This document shows positions 44,134 through 54,404 of a DNA stretch of 64,000 nucleotides, piece by piece. Numbering within the stretch: the first letter of the stretch is position 1; each line of letters begins with the position of its first letter. The notes beneath the pieces were generated by a model, which worked only from the letters and a program-made list of their open reading frames with translations, did no database searches and was not told where the DNA came from. The translations under genes and the position numbers were made by a program. The stretch comes from Gemmatimonadota bacterium. Its GTDB lineage: Bacteria > Gemmatimonadota > Gemmatimonadetes > Gemmatimonadales > GWC2-71-9. The stretch covers positions 16,685-80,684 of the forward strand of contig JADFIT010000001.1 in assembly GCA_022566515.1 (NCBI GenBank), in the 5' to 3' direction.

Positions 44134-45405
44134 ATGAAAACGAGGGTGAGTTTCCGACCGGCTGTCCTGGGCATTTTCTTCATCGGAGCCTGTTCTGCAG
44201 GAGACACAGATTGGGCCGGTACTGTTGCCGATAGTGCCGGCATAACCATCGTCGAGAATCCTGCCGAAGGCATATGGAACGACAATAGCGCTTGGGGGCT
44301 GGAGGAACAGCTCAAGATCGGGACCGCCGACGGAGATCCCGATTACATGTTCGGCTCGATCACCGGCATCGCCGTGTTGTCTGACGAGCTGATTTACGTC
44401 CTCGACCAACAGGCCTCGCTGATTCGTGCGTTCGACCAGACGGGAAAGTTGCAGATATCGTTTGGCAGCAAGGGTAGCGGCCCCGGACAGATGGCGCTCG
44501 GAGCAGGGCCACTCCTCGTAGGCAAAGGCGACACGCTCTACGTACCGGACATCGGCAATCAGCGGGTGAACAAATACACAGCCGATGGCTCGATGGCCGG
44601 AAGCTTCCCAGTGCGAATGGGGCAGGGAGTTCCCTTCAAATGGGAGAGCAGCCGGTCGGGCTCGATAGTCAACCAGGTGCGCCGGCTGGCCTTCCAGCCG
44701 GACCAACCCGTCGACACCATGGATGTCGTCGCGGTTAGAAATCACGAGGGAGTGGCCGTCGACACACTGCTCAGGTTCCGCTCGGGAGGCACCATTTCCT
44801 TTGCAGGCGGCGCCCCTGAGATGAAATTGTTCAGTCCCGAACCCCTATGGACCTTGGCGGGCGACGGGGGCATCTGGCACGGCGTGAATGACGACTATCG
44901 CATCGGGCTCTACGAGGGCGGGTCCCTTACCAGGATCGTCACCAAGCCGTTCGAGTTGTCACCCGTGACCGACCGCGACCAAGAGGCCATCTTGACCGCG
45001 ATGAAAAATGCCATGGAGGGTTTGGGCCTTCCACCGCAAGCTTGGCAAATCATCCGCCAGGGAATGACTTTCGGCGACCACTTCCCTGCCTACGCACAAT
45101 TTCTCGGCGGTCCGAATGGGAGCCTTTGGGTGCAGCATCTCATAGTGCCCAGCGAGCTGAGCGACGACGAGCTGCGAGATTTCAATCCGCAATCCGGCCT
45201 CGGGGCACCAGACTGGGACGTCTTCGACCGGCAGGGGCGTTTCCTCGGGACCCTCGAGATGCCGGACCGGTTCCAACCACTTCGTTTCCTCGGGGACCGC
45301 ATTTACGGGATCTGGCGCGACGAGATGGACGTGCAATACGTGCTGAAGCTGCGGATCACAGGTCTGCCCGGCGTCGACACGGGCGGAGTGCCTATTGCCT
45401 ACTAG
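44134..45405 (+). CDS. Lipoprotein, 6-bladed beta-propeller (NHL-like) family
   Basis: Lipobox FFIGAC. Repeated [IV]Y[VI]xD-type blades (LIYVLDQQ, LYVPDIGNQRVNKY, ...). GGAGG lies before the ATG. Confidence 0.7.
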   Translation: MKTRVSFRPAVLGIFFIGACSAGDTDWAGTVADSAGITIVENPAEGIWNDNSAWGLEEQLKIGTADGDPDYMFGSITGIAVLSDELIYVLDQQASLIRAFDQTGKLQISFGSKGSGPGQMALGAGPLLVGKGDTLYVPDIGNQRVNKYTADGSMAGSFPVRMGQGVPFKWESSRSGSIVNQVRRLAFQPDQPVDTMDVVAVRNHEGVAVDTLLRFRSGGTISFAGGAPEMKLFSPEPLWTLAGDGGIWHGVNDDYRIGLYEGGSLTRIVTKPFELSPVTDRDQEAILTAMKNAMEGLGLPPQAWQIIRQGMTFGDHFPAYAQFLGGPNGSLWVQHLIVPSELSDDELRDFNPQSGLGAPDWDVFDRQGRFLGTLEMPDRFQPLRFLGDRIYGIWRDEMDVQYVLKLRITGLPGVDTGGVPIAY

Positions 45406-46004
45406 GTACTCTTTTCGTCTTCGCGCTGCTTCAGCCTCTCGTACTCACTGGGCGTGTTGAGGTCCTCCACCACGGCCGAGTCGCTCACCGGAACCCTCAC
45501 CACCCTATCCCGTTCGGCCCGGACCACAGCCCTGGCACCGTCCGAGTCAGATGCTTCGAGCAGTTCGTCAAAGACCTCCCTCCCAAAGATCACCGGGTGT
45601 CCCCCCTTTCCCTGGAAGACCGGCACCGCAATCGGGGCTGCCGACCGCCTGAAACCATCCACCAGCGTCTCGACAGTGGCGATAGTCACATGGGGCATGT
45701 CCACGGGCCACACCAGGAGACCCTCCACCGGCTGGGCCAGGATTTCGTGAATTGCGGCTCTGATGGAGCCGATCGGACCCGCCTCAAACTGCTTGGTGTA
45801 GACCACGGTGACGTCGCGTAAGTCGTGTTTTTCCAATATCTTATCGGCATCGGGCCCGAGGACGACTATGCGGCGTTGGATTCCTGCCGCTTCAGTGGCG
45901 TCCAGGATGCTCTGTAGGAAGGTCCGGCCTCGGTACTCCAGGAGGGCCTTGGGACACCCCATCCGTGAGGAGGTGCCTGCGGAAAGAATTGTGGCCGCAA
46001 TCAT
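45402..46004 (-). CDS. MobA/MocA-like nucleotidyltransferase (molybdenum cofactor cytidylyl/guanylyltransferase family)
   Basis: The N-terminal motif AATILSAGTSSRMGCPKALL is present, and the ~200-aa size fits. Confidence 0.75.
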   Translation of the reverse strand: MIAATILSAGTSSRMGCPKALLEYRGRTFLQSILDATEAAGIQRRIVVLGPDADKILEKHDLRDVTVVYTKQFEAGPIGSIRAAIHEILAQPVEGLLVWPVDMPHVTIATVETLVDGFRRSAAPIAVPVFQGKGGHPVIFGREVFDELLEASDSDGARAVVRAERDRVVRVPVSDSAVVEDLNTPSEYERLKQREDEKST

Positions 46005-46054
46005 GATTCATCCCTAGATTGGTGGTCCACTTGGAGGCTGGGGGAGTCCAGAAT

Positions 46055-46618
46055 ATGACGATACACCGAATTCGCTTGTTGGGTGACCCCGTTCTGCGGA
46101 TGCGGTCCGAACCGGTCACCAACCACAGATCGCCCGCCGTGCGGCTGGTTGGGACTGACTTGAAGGAGACGTTGCAAGACCTCAAGGCACGCCACGGAAT
46201 AGGCCGGGCGCTGTCGGCGCCCCAGATCGGCGCACCGATGCGCATGATCTACGTAGAGATCGACGAACCCTGGCTGCTTCTCAATCCGGAAATCATCGAC
46301 GTTGGTGTGGAGGACTTTCTGGTTTGGGACAGTTGTTTCTCTTTCCCAGACTTCATGGTCCAAGTACAGCGCGCCTATCACATCCGCGTGAACTACCTGG
46401 ACGCCCGGGGCAAGGAACAAGAGGTTGACGCCCAGGGGCCCCTTGCAGAACTGCTGCAACATGAGATCGACCATCTCGACGGCGTGTTGATCGTCGACCG
46501 GCCGGCCGGTCTGGACCCATTTTGTCTCCGGGAGGAATGGAACAAGCACTACGGTGACGTGGGCCTCTATGGCGAGCCCACGCCGCGGCACGAACCGCTG
46601 GCGAGCGCTCCGATTTAG
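46055..46618 (+). CDS. def: Peptide deformylase with divergent motifs 1 and 2
   Basis: Motif 3 QHEIDHLDG is present. Motif 1 reads GRALSAPQIG and motif 2 reads DSCFS instead of EGC[LF]S. The start is taken at MTIHRI, with GGAG upstream. Confidence 0.8.
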   Translation: MTIHRIRLLGDPVLRMRSEPVTNHRSPAVRLVGTDLKETLQDLKARHGIGRALSAPQIGAPMRMIYVEIDEPWLLLNPEIIDVGVEDFLVWDSCFSFPDFMVQVQRAYHIRVNYLDARGKEQEVDAQGPLAELLQHEIDHLDGVLIVDRPAGLDPFCLREEWNKHYGDVGLYGEPTPRHEPLASAPI

Positions 46619-46666
46619 CTGCGGCGGCCCTCTCTGCCTCTGGGACATGGAACCGCAGTTCCATTG

Positions 46667-47257
46667 TCACCTAACCGCTCGCACCTCTTCGTAGCGAAAG
46701 CACTTCACCAGATGATCGTTAACCATCCCCGCCGCTTGCATGAATGCGTAGCAGATCGTGGTACCGACGAACTTGAAACCCCTTTCCTTCAAGTCTTTGC
46801 TCATGCGATCGGAGTCGGGCGTACTCGCGGGAAGTCGTTTCAAGCTTCTCCAGCGATTCTGTTTCGGCTGGCCGCCAACAAACTGCCAGATGTAGGAATC
46901 AAACGATCCGTACTCGCTCTGCACTCGCAAAAACGCTTTGGCGTTCCCGACGGTTGCCTCTATCTTCATCCTGTTGCGAACGATGCCGGCATTCTCGAGG
47001 AGCTGCCCGATCTTTCGCTTCTTGTACCGCGCTATCAGTTGGGCGTCGAAGGCGTCGAAGGCGAGACGGAAATTTTCGCGCTTATGCAAGATCGTGCGCC
47101 AACTCAAGCCTGCCTGAAAGGCATCGAGGACGAGGAACTCGAAGAGTTTCCGGTCATCATGTAAGGGGACGCCCCACTCTTCATCGTGATACGCGATCAT
47201 GAGGTCGTCATCCGCCGGCCATTCGCAACTTGTTTTGTCTGGGCTCAAGCGAGTCAC
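46667..47257 (-). CDS. tag: DNA-3-methyladenine glycosylase I
   Basis: CEW....D.LMIAYHDEEWGVPLHDDRKLFEFLVLDAFQAGLSW and VGTTICYAFMQAAGMVNDH are present. Confidence 0.9.
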   Translation of the reverse strand: MTRLSPDKTSCEWPADDDLMIAYHDEEWGVPLHDDRKLFEFLVLDAFQAGLSWRTILHKRENFRLAFDAFDAQLIARYKKRKIGQLLENAGIVRNRMKIEATVGNAKAFLRVQSEYGSFDSYIWQFVGGQPKQNRWRSLKRLPASTPDSDRMSKDLKERGFKFVGTTICYAFMQAAGMVNDHLVKCFRYEEVRAVR

Positions 47258-47266
47258 GACTCCTTC

Positions 47267-48211
47267 TTATTTGCGCTGCGCGATGACGGATTGCAAATCG
47301 TCATCTAACTCCAGAACCACACCGAGTATTGCATTCATTGCCTTCACGTAGAAGTCGGAATTGATGTTCTCGAATTCGTCCGACGCCTTGTGATAGTCCG
47401 CATGATCTTCCACGCCGAAATACAAGAACGGGATCCCCTTTCCGTGGAACGGAGCATGGTCGGAGGAATTCGTCCAATCATCATTGCCCAGATCCGGCGA
47501 GTCGTGACCGAGCAGCAGCGTCACCTCGGCGTACCCCATTACTCGCTCCACGAAGGATTTCAGAAAGGGGTAGTGATATGTTCCGGCCACAAACAGCTCA
47601 TGGTCGCTGTGGCTGACCATGTCCAGGTTCACATTCACGGCAATTCGGCCCAGCCCCACCGGTGGTCGTTCCACGAAGGCTCGGGATCCCCCAAGGCCGC
47701 TCTCCTCGGCATCCACCGCTGCAAAGATCATCGAGTGCCGAGGCCTGTGATCGGCGAAGTACGCCGCTAGAGCCATCAGGCCGGCGGTCCCCGAAGCGTT
47801 GTCATCGGCCCCGTTATAGATCTGGCCATCGCGAATACCGAGGTGGTCGTAATGCGCTGTCACCACAATGAACCAGTCCGGTGTGGCCGAGCCCTTCAAA
47901 TATCCAACGACATTCACACCTTCCGACTCGGCGCCACGACTGGTTACGTCGAATCGGTGCAGTAAGGACTCATCGAACATCGAAAGTCCGAGCCGTGCGA
48001 ATCTCTCCTCCAGGTACTCGCGCGCCAGCCGACTGCCCTTTGAACCAACAAGCCGTCCCTCGAGCGAGTCATCAGAAAGAAAAGCCAGGTCGGCGAGCAT
48101 TTGCGTAGCATCAACTGCCCTGGCCTGAAACGTCGCGTCGGCTGCTCGGCCCGAACACCCGGCAATGACGACCGCACAGGCGAGAATCCGCCGATCTCTC
48201 CTACGATGCAT
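47267..48211 (-). CDS. M28-family lipoprotein peptidase
   Basis: The start is taken at MHRRRDRRILACAVVIAGC (lipobox). TAHYDHLGI...YNGADDNASGTAGLMALA...FAAVDAEESGLGGS...SDHAPFHGKGIP are present. Confidence 0.85.
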   Translation of the reverse strand: MHRRRDRRILACAVVIAGCSGRAADATFQARAVDATQMLADLAFLSDDSLEGRLVGSKGSRLAREYLEERFARLGLSMFDESLLHRFDVTSRGAESEGVNVVGYLKGSATPDWFIVVTAHYDHLGIRDGQIYNGADDNASGTAGLMALAAYFADHRPRHSMIFAAVDAEESGLGGSRAFVERPPVGLGRIAVNVNLDMVSHSDHELFVAGTYHYPFLKSFVERVMGYAEVTLLLGHDSPDLGNDDWTNSSDHAPFHGKGIPFLYFGVEDHADYHKASDEFENINSDFYVKAMNAILGVVLELDDDLQSVIAQRK

Positions 48212-48221
48212 TGTTCTGCGA

Positions 48222-48617
48222 TCAATCCAGTACGACGGGATACGCTGCGTCACGCCACGCTCTCATGCCCCCGTCCATGGACCAGACGTTGGTGTAACCC
48301 ATTTGCTGCAAACTGTCTGCGGCGAGGGCGGAACGATATCCTCCACCACAGTACAACACGATCTCGGCATCAAGATCCGGTATCATCCTCTCGATGTCGC
48401 GTTCGATGATCCCCTTGCCCAGATGAATCGCGGTGGGCAGGTGCCCCGCGCTCCATTCACCTTCCTCCCGCACATCGACTAGATGAAACGCTCGTCCTTC
48501 GTCCAACAGCCCCTTCACCGAAATCACGTCGTTCTCTTGTATCCGCGATTTCGCGTCGTTTACAATCTCCAGAAAGCGCGAGCCATGACTAGAAGTGGAC
48601 ACAAAACCTCCTTTCAC
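48222..48617 (-). CDS. Single-domain rhodanese-like sulfurtransferase
   Basis: LVDVREEGEWSAGHLPTAIHL and the active-site loop LYCGGGYRS are present. Confidence 0.85.
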   Translation of the reverse strand: MKGGFVSTSSHGSRFLEIVNDAKSRIQENDVISVKGLLDEGRAFHLVDVREEGEWSAGHLPTAIHLGKGIIERDIERMIPDLDAEIVLYCGGGYRSALAADSLQQMGYTNVWSMDGGMRAWRDAAYPVVLD

Positions 48618-49327
48618 CTCAGAGCTTCGAACCCCAAGTACTCCCGAACAAACTGATCATGTTCCCGGGCCCGTGCAGGCGTGCCCAGTGCATGTGTAGT
48701 ACCTGCCGTCATCCACAAAACGTCGTCCGCCGTGTCGAAGAGCGACCTCACCTCATGACCCGTGATGGCAACCGCACAACCGTCACGCGACAGTTGCTTG
48801 AAGATCTCCGTCAAGAACTCGGCGTCCTTGGGCACAATTCCCAGAAACGGCTCGTCAGCGAGGAGGCAGGTGGGCCCCCGCGCTACCGCCATAGCAAGCT
48901 CCGCACGCCGCCGCTCGCCCCCGGAGAGTTGGTGGGGGGCCCGGTCGAGCAGGGAACCGATATCGAGCAACGCTACGGCCTTTTCCACGTCATGGCCACC
49001 AAAATGATACTCGATGGCAGCGAGATGCTCCCCCAGTGTCAGGGACCGGCACAGCAGAGAATGTTCCGGAAGAAAGAACAGACCCCGTCTCGCCATGTCG
49101 GGCAGACGTGTGTGAGTAAGGCGGTGCTCACCAAACCGGACGACACCATAATCCGGCCGCAACAGCCCCGCTGCAATCTTCAGCAGTGTCGACTTGCCCT
49201 CCCCATTACGACCAACGAGGGCCGTGATCGATCCGGGATAGACACATAGCGACGCTGAAGCGAGCACGCGTCGAGATCCAAAGGACTTGCCGATTGATTC
49301 CGCAGCCAATCGGGCTGTTGCACTCAC
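48614..49327 (-). CDS. ABC transporter ATP-binding protein, LptB/LivF-like, divergent
   Basis: Walker A GRNGEGKST, signature LSGGERRR, Walker B LLADEPF, H-loop TGHEV and a C-terminal VREYLG are present. The start is reassigned to the GTG at 49327, which overlaps the stop of the upstream 3-TM ORF (GTGA). The track's 109-aa N-terminal extension is Arg/Gly/Ser-rich junk and overlaps that ORF. Confidence 0.85.
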   Translation of the reverse strand: MSATARLAAESIGKSFGSRRVLASASLCVYPGSITALVGRNGEGKSTLLKIAAGLLRPDYGVVRFGEHRLTHTRLPDMARRGLFFLPEHSLLCRSLTLGEHLAAIEYHFGGHDVEKAVALLDIGSLLDRAPHQLSGGERRRAELAMAVARGPTCLLADEPFLGIVPKDAEFLTEIFKQLSRDGCAVAITGHEVRSLFDTADDVLWMTAGTTHALGTPARAREHDQFVREYLGFEALR

Positions 49328-49650
49328 AGCGCCGCACCGAGGATTACTTCTGCCAACAGCACCGGCCCGGCAGCCAGCGCGCCTATCACAACGCGGCCTA
49401 CACCCATATTGGCGAGGAAGATCAGCTCGTTGCGCCGGCCAGCATCGAGGAGTACGAGGCCGCATACGAGCCCGGCGAGAGCAAGTGCAGCGAACGGTGC
49501 GAGCTGCAAGGCCGCCCGAAGAGGATGCTCGATTCCGGCCTCCTGGCCCGCCATGGCTCCCCCCGTAACTACCAGCTTCATCATGAGCCAGATCACTGCC
49601 GTCCGGCGCACTATGGCTCGAGCGAAGTTGGGGGCGGGAGCCGGCAACAT
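49324..49650 (-). CDS. Small 3-TM membrane protein resembling the N-terminal (TM1-TM3 / coupling-helix) part of LptF/LptG permeases
   Basis: There are three hydrophobic helices. The segment GRRNELIFLANMGVGR between TM2 and TM3 resembles the LptF/G coupling-helix motif (..SE[IL]xxxxAxGxS..), recalled from memory. It starts 4 nt after the amidohydrolase stop and overlaps the ATPase start. Confidence 0.55.
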   Translation of the reverse strand: MLPAPAPNFARAIVRRTAVIWLMMKLVVTGGAMAGQEAGIEHPLRAALQLAPFAALALAGLVCGLVLLDAGRRNELIFLANMGVGRVVIGALAAGPVLLAEVILGAAL

Positions 49651-49654
49651 TCAA

Positions 49655-51091
49655 CTAATGGTCGCGCTGGCTACTCGCTGCCCGTCCCCTCGGCATCCAG
49701 TCCAACTCCTCGTCCGCGTTTCGCGGCCCAATGGTTCCTTTGACTGAGGCTAGAAGCCGGCTGGGATCGTAGATCCTGCCGGCTTTCATTACCCACCGCA
49801 CATTACGCGCGTTGCGGATATCTGTCAGTGGATTCCCGCGCACTACGACTAGATCGGCAAGCTTCCCAGTCTCAATGGTGCCCAGTTTGTCGCCGACTCC
49901 GAGCGCGCGTGCCGCGTTGGCCGTCGCAAACTTGATCACGTCGGCGGGAGGAATTCCGGCCAGCGCAAAAGACAGCAGCTCGCGGTGAACGGAGAACCCC
50001 GAAAAAAACTCGCCCCAGCTCGGGTGATCGGTCCCCAGGGTGATGAGGTGGCCACCGCCGGCGTCGTAAAAGGCCTTGATCGTCTTGCGCTTCACCCAGT
50101 AGATCTTCTCGAATTGTTCGCTCACGCGCCGCGGGGGTCGCGTCGCCATGATTTGCCTCATGTACGGCGTGAGGAAGCTCTGTTCATCGGCGAAGTAAGC
50201 GAAAACGTCCGGATCCCTTTCGCCGTAATAGCCATATGCGGAGAGCGTCGCGTCGAAAAATACGTTGTGCTTGATGTACATCTCCGCGATCGCCGCAAAC
50301 TCCGCCGTGTTCGTTTCAAGACTCTCCAGCGACGAATAGGCAGGCCTCTCAGCGGAAATCCCGTCGCCCCCCAAGAAATGCTCGACACGATCGATGCCCA
50401 GAATGATGGCGTCCCGGGGATTGACCGTGCTCCGGAATCCGGATCCCAGATGCCCAGTGACAGTGACGCCGTACATGTGTGCACGCTCGATGAGTGCCTG
50501 CAACTGGTGTGATCGTATTCCCTTCGCCTTGAACGCCCGCACCCCCTGCGACATCCAGTAGTCCACATCGGCATGAATCTGCTCGGCCGACATGTCACGG
50601 TCCCAGCCGGGCCGCGATGTACCGAAGTACGGACCGGAATTGAAAATCCTCGGGCCAACGGCATCACCCCGATCGATGCGCATCCGTAGGTCGCGCATCT
50701 CGAGAGGATTCATCTCCCCCGCAGGGAACGTCGACGTAACGCCGTTGGCCAGAAAAAGCACTGGGTATGCGGTGCGCTCGTCCACACGTCCGCGGCCGAA
50801 CAAATCGATGGCGTAATGGGCGTGGAGGTCGAAGAACCCGGGCAGGACATACTCGTCATCATCCAGCTCGATGACGCGCGCCGATCCGAGGTCTTCGTCG
50901 TCGAGCCGAGCACCAACTTCGAAGAACCTTCCAGCACGGATCACCAGACCACTGTTCGGGACTGCCCGATCGCCCACGCCGTCAAAGAGGTGGCCGCCCC
51001 GAATAACGACGGTCTCCGCCGATTGCGCGGAGAGGGATCCGGCTGGACTCAATGCAACCAGGCAGAGTGCAAGACCCGAGCGGACGTTCAT
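49655..51091 (-). CDS. Secreted amidohydrolase-family metallohydrolase
   Basis: Signal peptide (LALCLVALSPAGSLSAQS). N-terminal FDLHAHY (HxH). The C-terminal KLADLVVV...P pattern is typical of amidohydrolase-superfamily members. Confidence 0.85.
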   Translation of the reverse strand: MNVRSGLALCLVALSPAGSLSAQSAETVVIRGGHLFDGVGDRAVPNSGLVIRAGRFFEVGARLDDEDLGSARVIELDDDEYVLPGFFDLHAHYAIDLFGRGRVDERTAYPVLFLANGVTSTFPAGEMNPLEMRDLRMRIDRGDAVGPRIFNSGPYFGTSRPGWDRDMSAEQIHADVDYWMSQGVRAFKAKGIRSHQLQALIERAHMYGVTVTGHLGSGFRSTVNPRDAIILGIDRVEHFLGGDGISAERPAYSSLESLETNTAEFAAIAEMYIKHNVFFDATLSAYGYYGERDPDVFAYFADEQSFLTPYMRQIMATRPPRRVSEQFEKIYWVKRKTIKAFYDAGGGHLITLGTDHPSWGEFFSGFSVHRELLSFALAGIPPADVIKFATANAARALGVGDKLGTIETGKLADLVVVRGNPLTDIRNARNVRWVMKAGRIYDPSRLLASVKGTIGPRNADEELDWMPRGRAASSQRDH

Positions 51092-51187
51092 GGCAACTCC
51101 CAGCGGTGATGAGGCTGGTGTGAAAGCTTTTCAGGGGTCGCGTTAGACGCAAGAGCCCCATAGCCATCATCCAGATCCCCTGATTAG

Positions 51188-52639
<1,452 letters not shown>

Positions 52640-52940
52640 CCACTGCCCGCAGGCAGTGTTAAGGCTCGACCCAACTCGGGCCCGAATCCTACACAACTCA
52701 CCGTCAACCTTTGTGCATGGGCGGGAACCGAGGGCAATGCATTCCGCGCCATTTACGCTTAGTGTCCTGTTGGTGTCATGTTACTGTACGCTCACTGATA
52801 CTACCTATAACAGCGTAACGTGTTGTGGTTAACTCTGTTACACGGTTTCCACATAAAATAGGGAAATGTAGAAAACTGCCCTGACCTGTTGGCTGGGACC
52901 CTCCCGCACGGCGTGCCCGTGTGCCATGTTTAGTTGAGTC

Positions 52941-54101
52941 ATGAGAAAATCTGGAGCACCCAGGGAGCCTCTCTTCCTCGCCAACGACGACGCACTGGAG
53001 GCGTTCGCCAGCCATCTGGAGGGGCAGTCGCGCATCGCCCTCGACACCGAGGCGGCGTCCTTCCACCGGTACGTGGACCGGATTTACCTGATCCAGGTGA
53101 GTACTGAGTCGCGGACCGCCATCGTGGATCCGCTGGCCATCAGCAACCTCAAGCCAATCGGTCGCTTGCTGGCCGACTCCTCTGTGGAAGTGGTGTTTCA
53201 CGATGCCGATTACGATCTCCGCGTGCTGGATCGTGATTATGGCTTTCGGGCGAAGTGTGTCTTCGACACGCGGATCGCGGCCCAGTTGCTCGGAGAGCCT
53301 TCTGTGGGTCTGGGCCCGCTATTGGAGAAGTATTTCGGCATCAAGGTAGACAAGAAGTTACAGCGCGCTGATTGGTCCCTCCGCCCGCTCACGCCCGAGA
53401 TGATCTCTTACGCCGCTTCCGACACGGCATATCTCCTTGGGCTGCGCGACGAACTGCGGACAAGGCTCCAGAAGCAGGGCCGGCTCGAGTGGGCCGAGGA
53501 AGAGTTCAAGCGTTTGGAGACGATCCGGTGGACTTCCAACGGTGGAAACGGGCAAGGATTCCTGCGGGTGAAGAACGCGAAATCACTACCGCGCAAATCT
53601 CTGGCCGTATTGAAGGCCGTGCATGAGTGGCGGGAGGCCAAGGCTGCGAGCCTAGACCGTGCGCCGTTCCGCGTGCTGGGCAATCAAGCGTTGGCTGTCC
53701 TTGCGCAGTCGGCGCCGACGACCCTTAGACGGCTTCGATCCTTAGGAGGAGTGCCGGCCTCTTCTGTCCGTCGGTACGGCGATGAGCTGATACGAGCCGT
53801 ACAGAAGGGTCTGGATACACCTGCCGACAAGTACCCCAAGGTTGAACGGCCAACGCGTCCTAAGATATCGCGAAATGCCCAGCAGCGCATGGAACGGCTC
53901 AAGGCGTTGCGGCGACGTGCCGCGATCGATTTGGGAATAGAGATAGGCGTACTCTGTCCCAACGGTACGCTTCAGTCTATCGCGGTAGCCGCTCCGACCA
54001 CCACAAAGGAATTGACGAAAGTCGCCGATTTGAAACGGTGGCAGTGCCAGGCGTTGGGGGCCACCGAGCTGCTCCAGGCTGTGAATGGAGGCGACAAGTA
54101 A
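52941..54101 (+). CDS. rnd: Ribonuclease D (DEDD 3'-5' exonuclease with HRDC domains)
   Basis: IALDTEA...LIQVS, VFHDADYDLRVL and YAASDTAYL (DEDDy) are present, followed by an HRDC-like region (LKAVHEWREAKAASLDRAPFRVL). Confidence 0.85.
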   Translation: MRKSGAPREPLFLANDDALEAFASHLEGQSRIALDTEAASFHRYVDRIYLIQVSTESRTAIVDPLAISNLKPIGRLLADSSVEVVFHDADYDLRVLDRDYGFRAKCVFDTRIAAQLLGEPSVGLGPLLEKYFGIKVDKKLQRADWSLRPLTPEMISYAASDTAYLLGLRDELRTRLQKQGRLEWAEEEFKRLETIRWTSNGGNGQGFLRVKNAKSLPRKSLAVLKAVHEWREAKAASLDRAPFRVLGNQALAVLAQSAPTTLRRLRSLGGVPASSVRRYGDELIRAVQKGLDTPADKYPKVERPTRPKISRNAQQRMERLKALRRRAAIDLGIEIGVLCPNGTLQSIAVAAPTTTKELTKVADLKRWQCQALGATELLQAVNGGDK

Positions 54102-54107
54102 GAGAGG

Positions 54108-54404
54108 TCAGTGCCCCATAAACGCCCTAACCTTTGGATCGATCTTTTCCGGCGTCCAGAACGGTTCCCACACCAACTCCACCTCGACACCCGTCACTCC
54201 ATCCAACATCCGAGCCGCCTGATCGGCATCGCCCATGATTTGCGGGCCTACCGGGCATCCAGGTGACGTGAGTGTCATCTTGATATGCACTTCTCCGTCC
54301 TCGACCTCCACGTTGTACACCAAGCCGAGGTCTATGATGTTGATGCCGATCTCGGGATCCTTCACCTGGCGTAGCGCTTTGCGTACGGCGTCTGCGTCAA
54401 TCAT
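54108..54404 (-). CDS. DUF59/MIP18-family Fe-S assembly-associated protein
   Basis: L.QVKDPEIGINIIDLGLVY...MTLTSPGCPVGP are present. AAGGAG lies 8 nt upstream of the ATG. Confidence 0.85.
   Translation of the reverse strand: MIDADAVRKALRQVKDPEIGINIIDLGLVYNVEVEDGEVHIKMTLTSPGCPVGPQIMGDADQAARMLDGVTGVEVELVWEPFWTPEKIDPKVRAFMGH

Noticed and set aside
49328-49654. 109-aa N-terminal extension of the ABC ATPase ORF in the track (start at 49654)
   Set aside because: The extension (MNVAGSRPQLRSSHSAPDGS...RRAGCRAGAVGRSNPRCGA) is low-complexity. It completely overlaps the better-looking 3-TM ORF in another frame. A GTG at 49327 gives a normal ABC N-terminus and a GTGA overlap with the upstream ORF.
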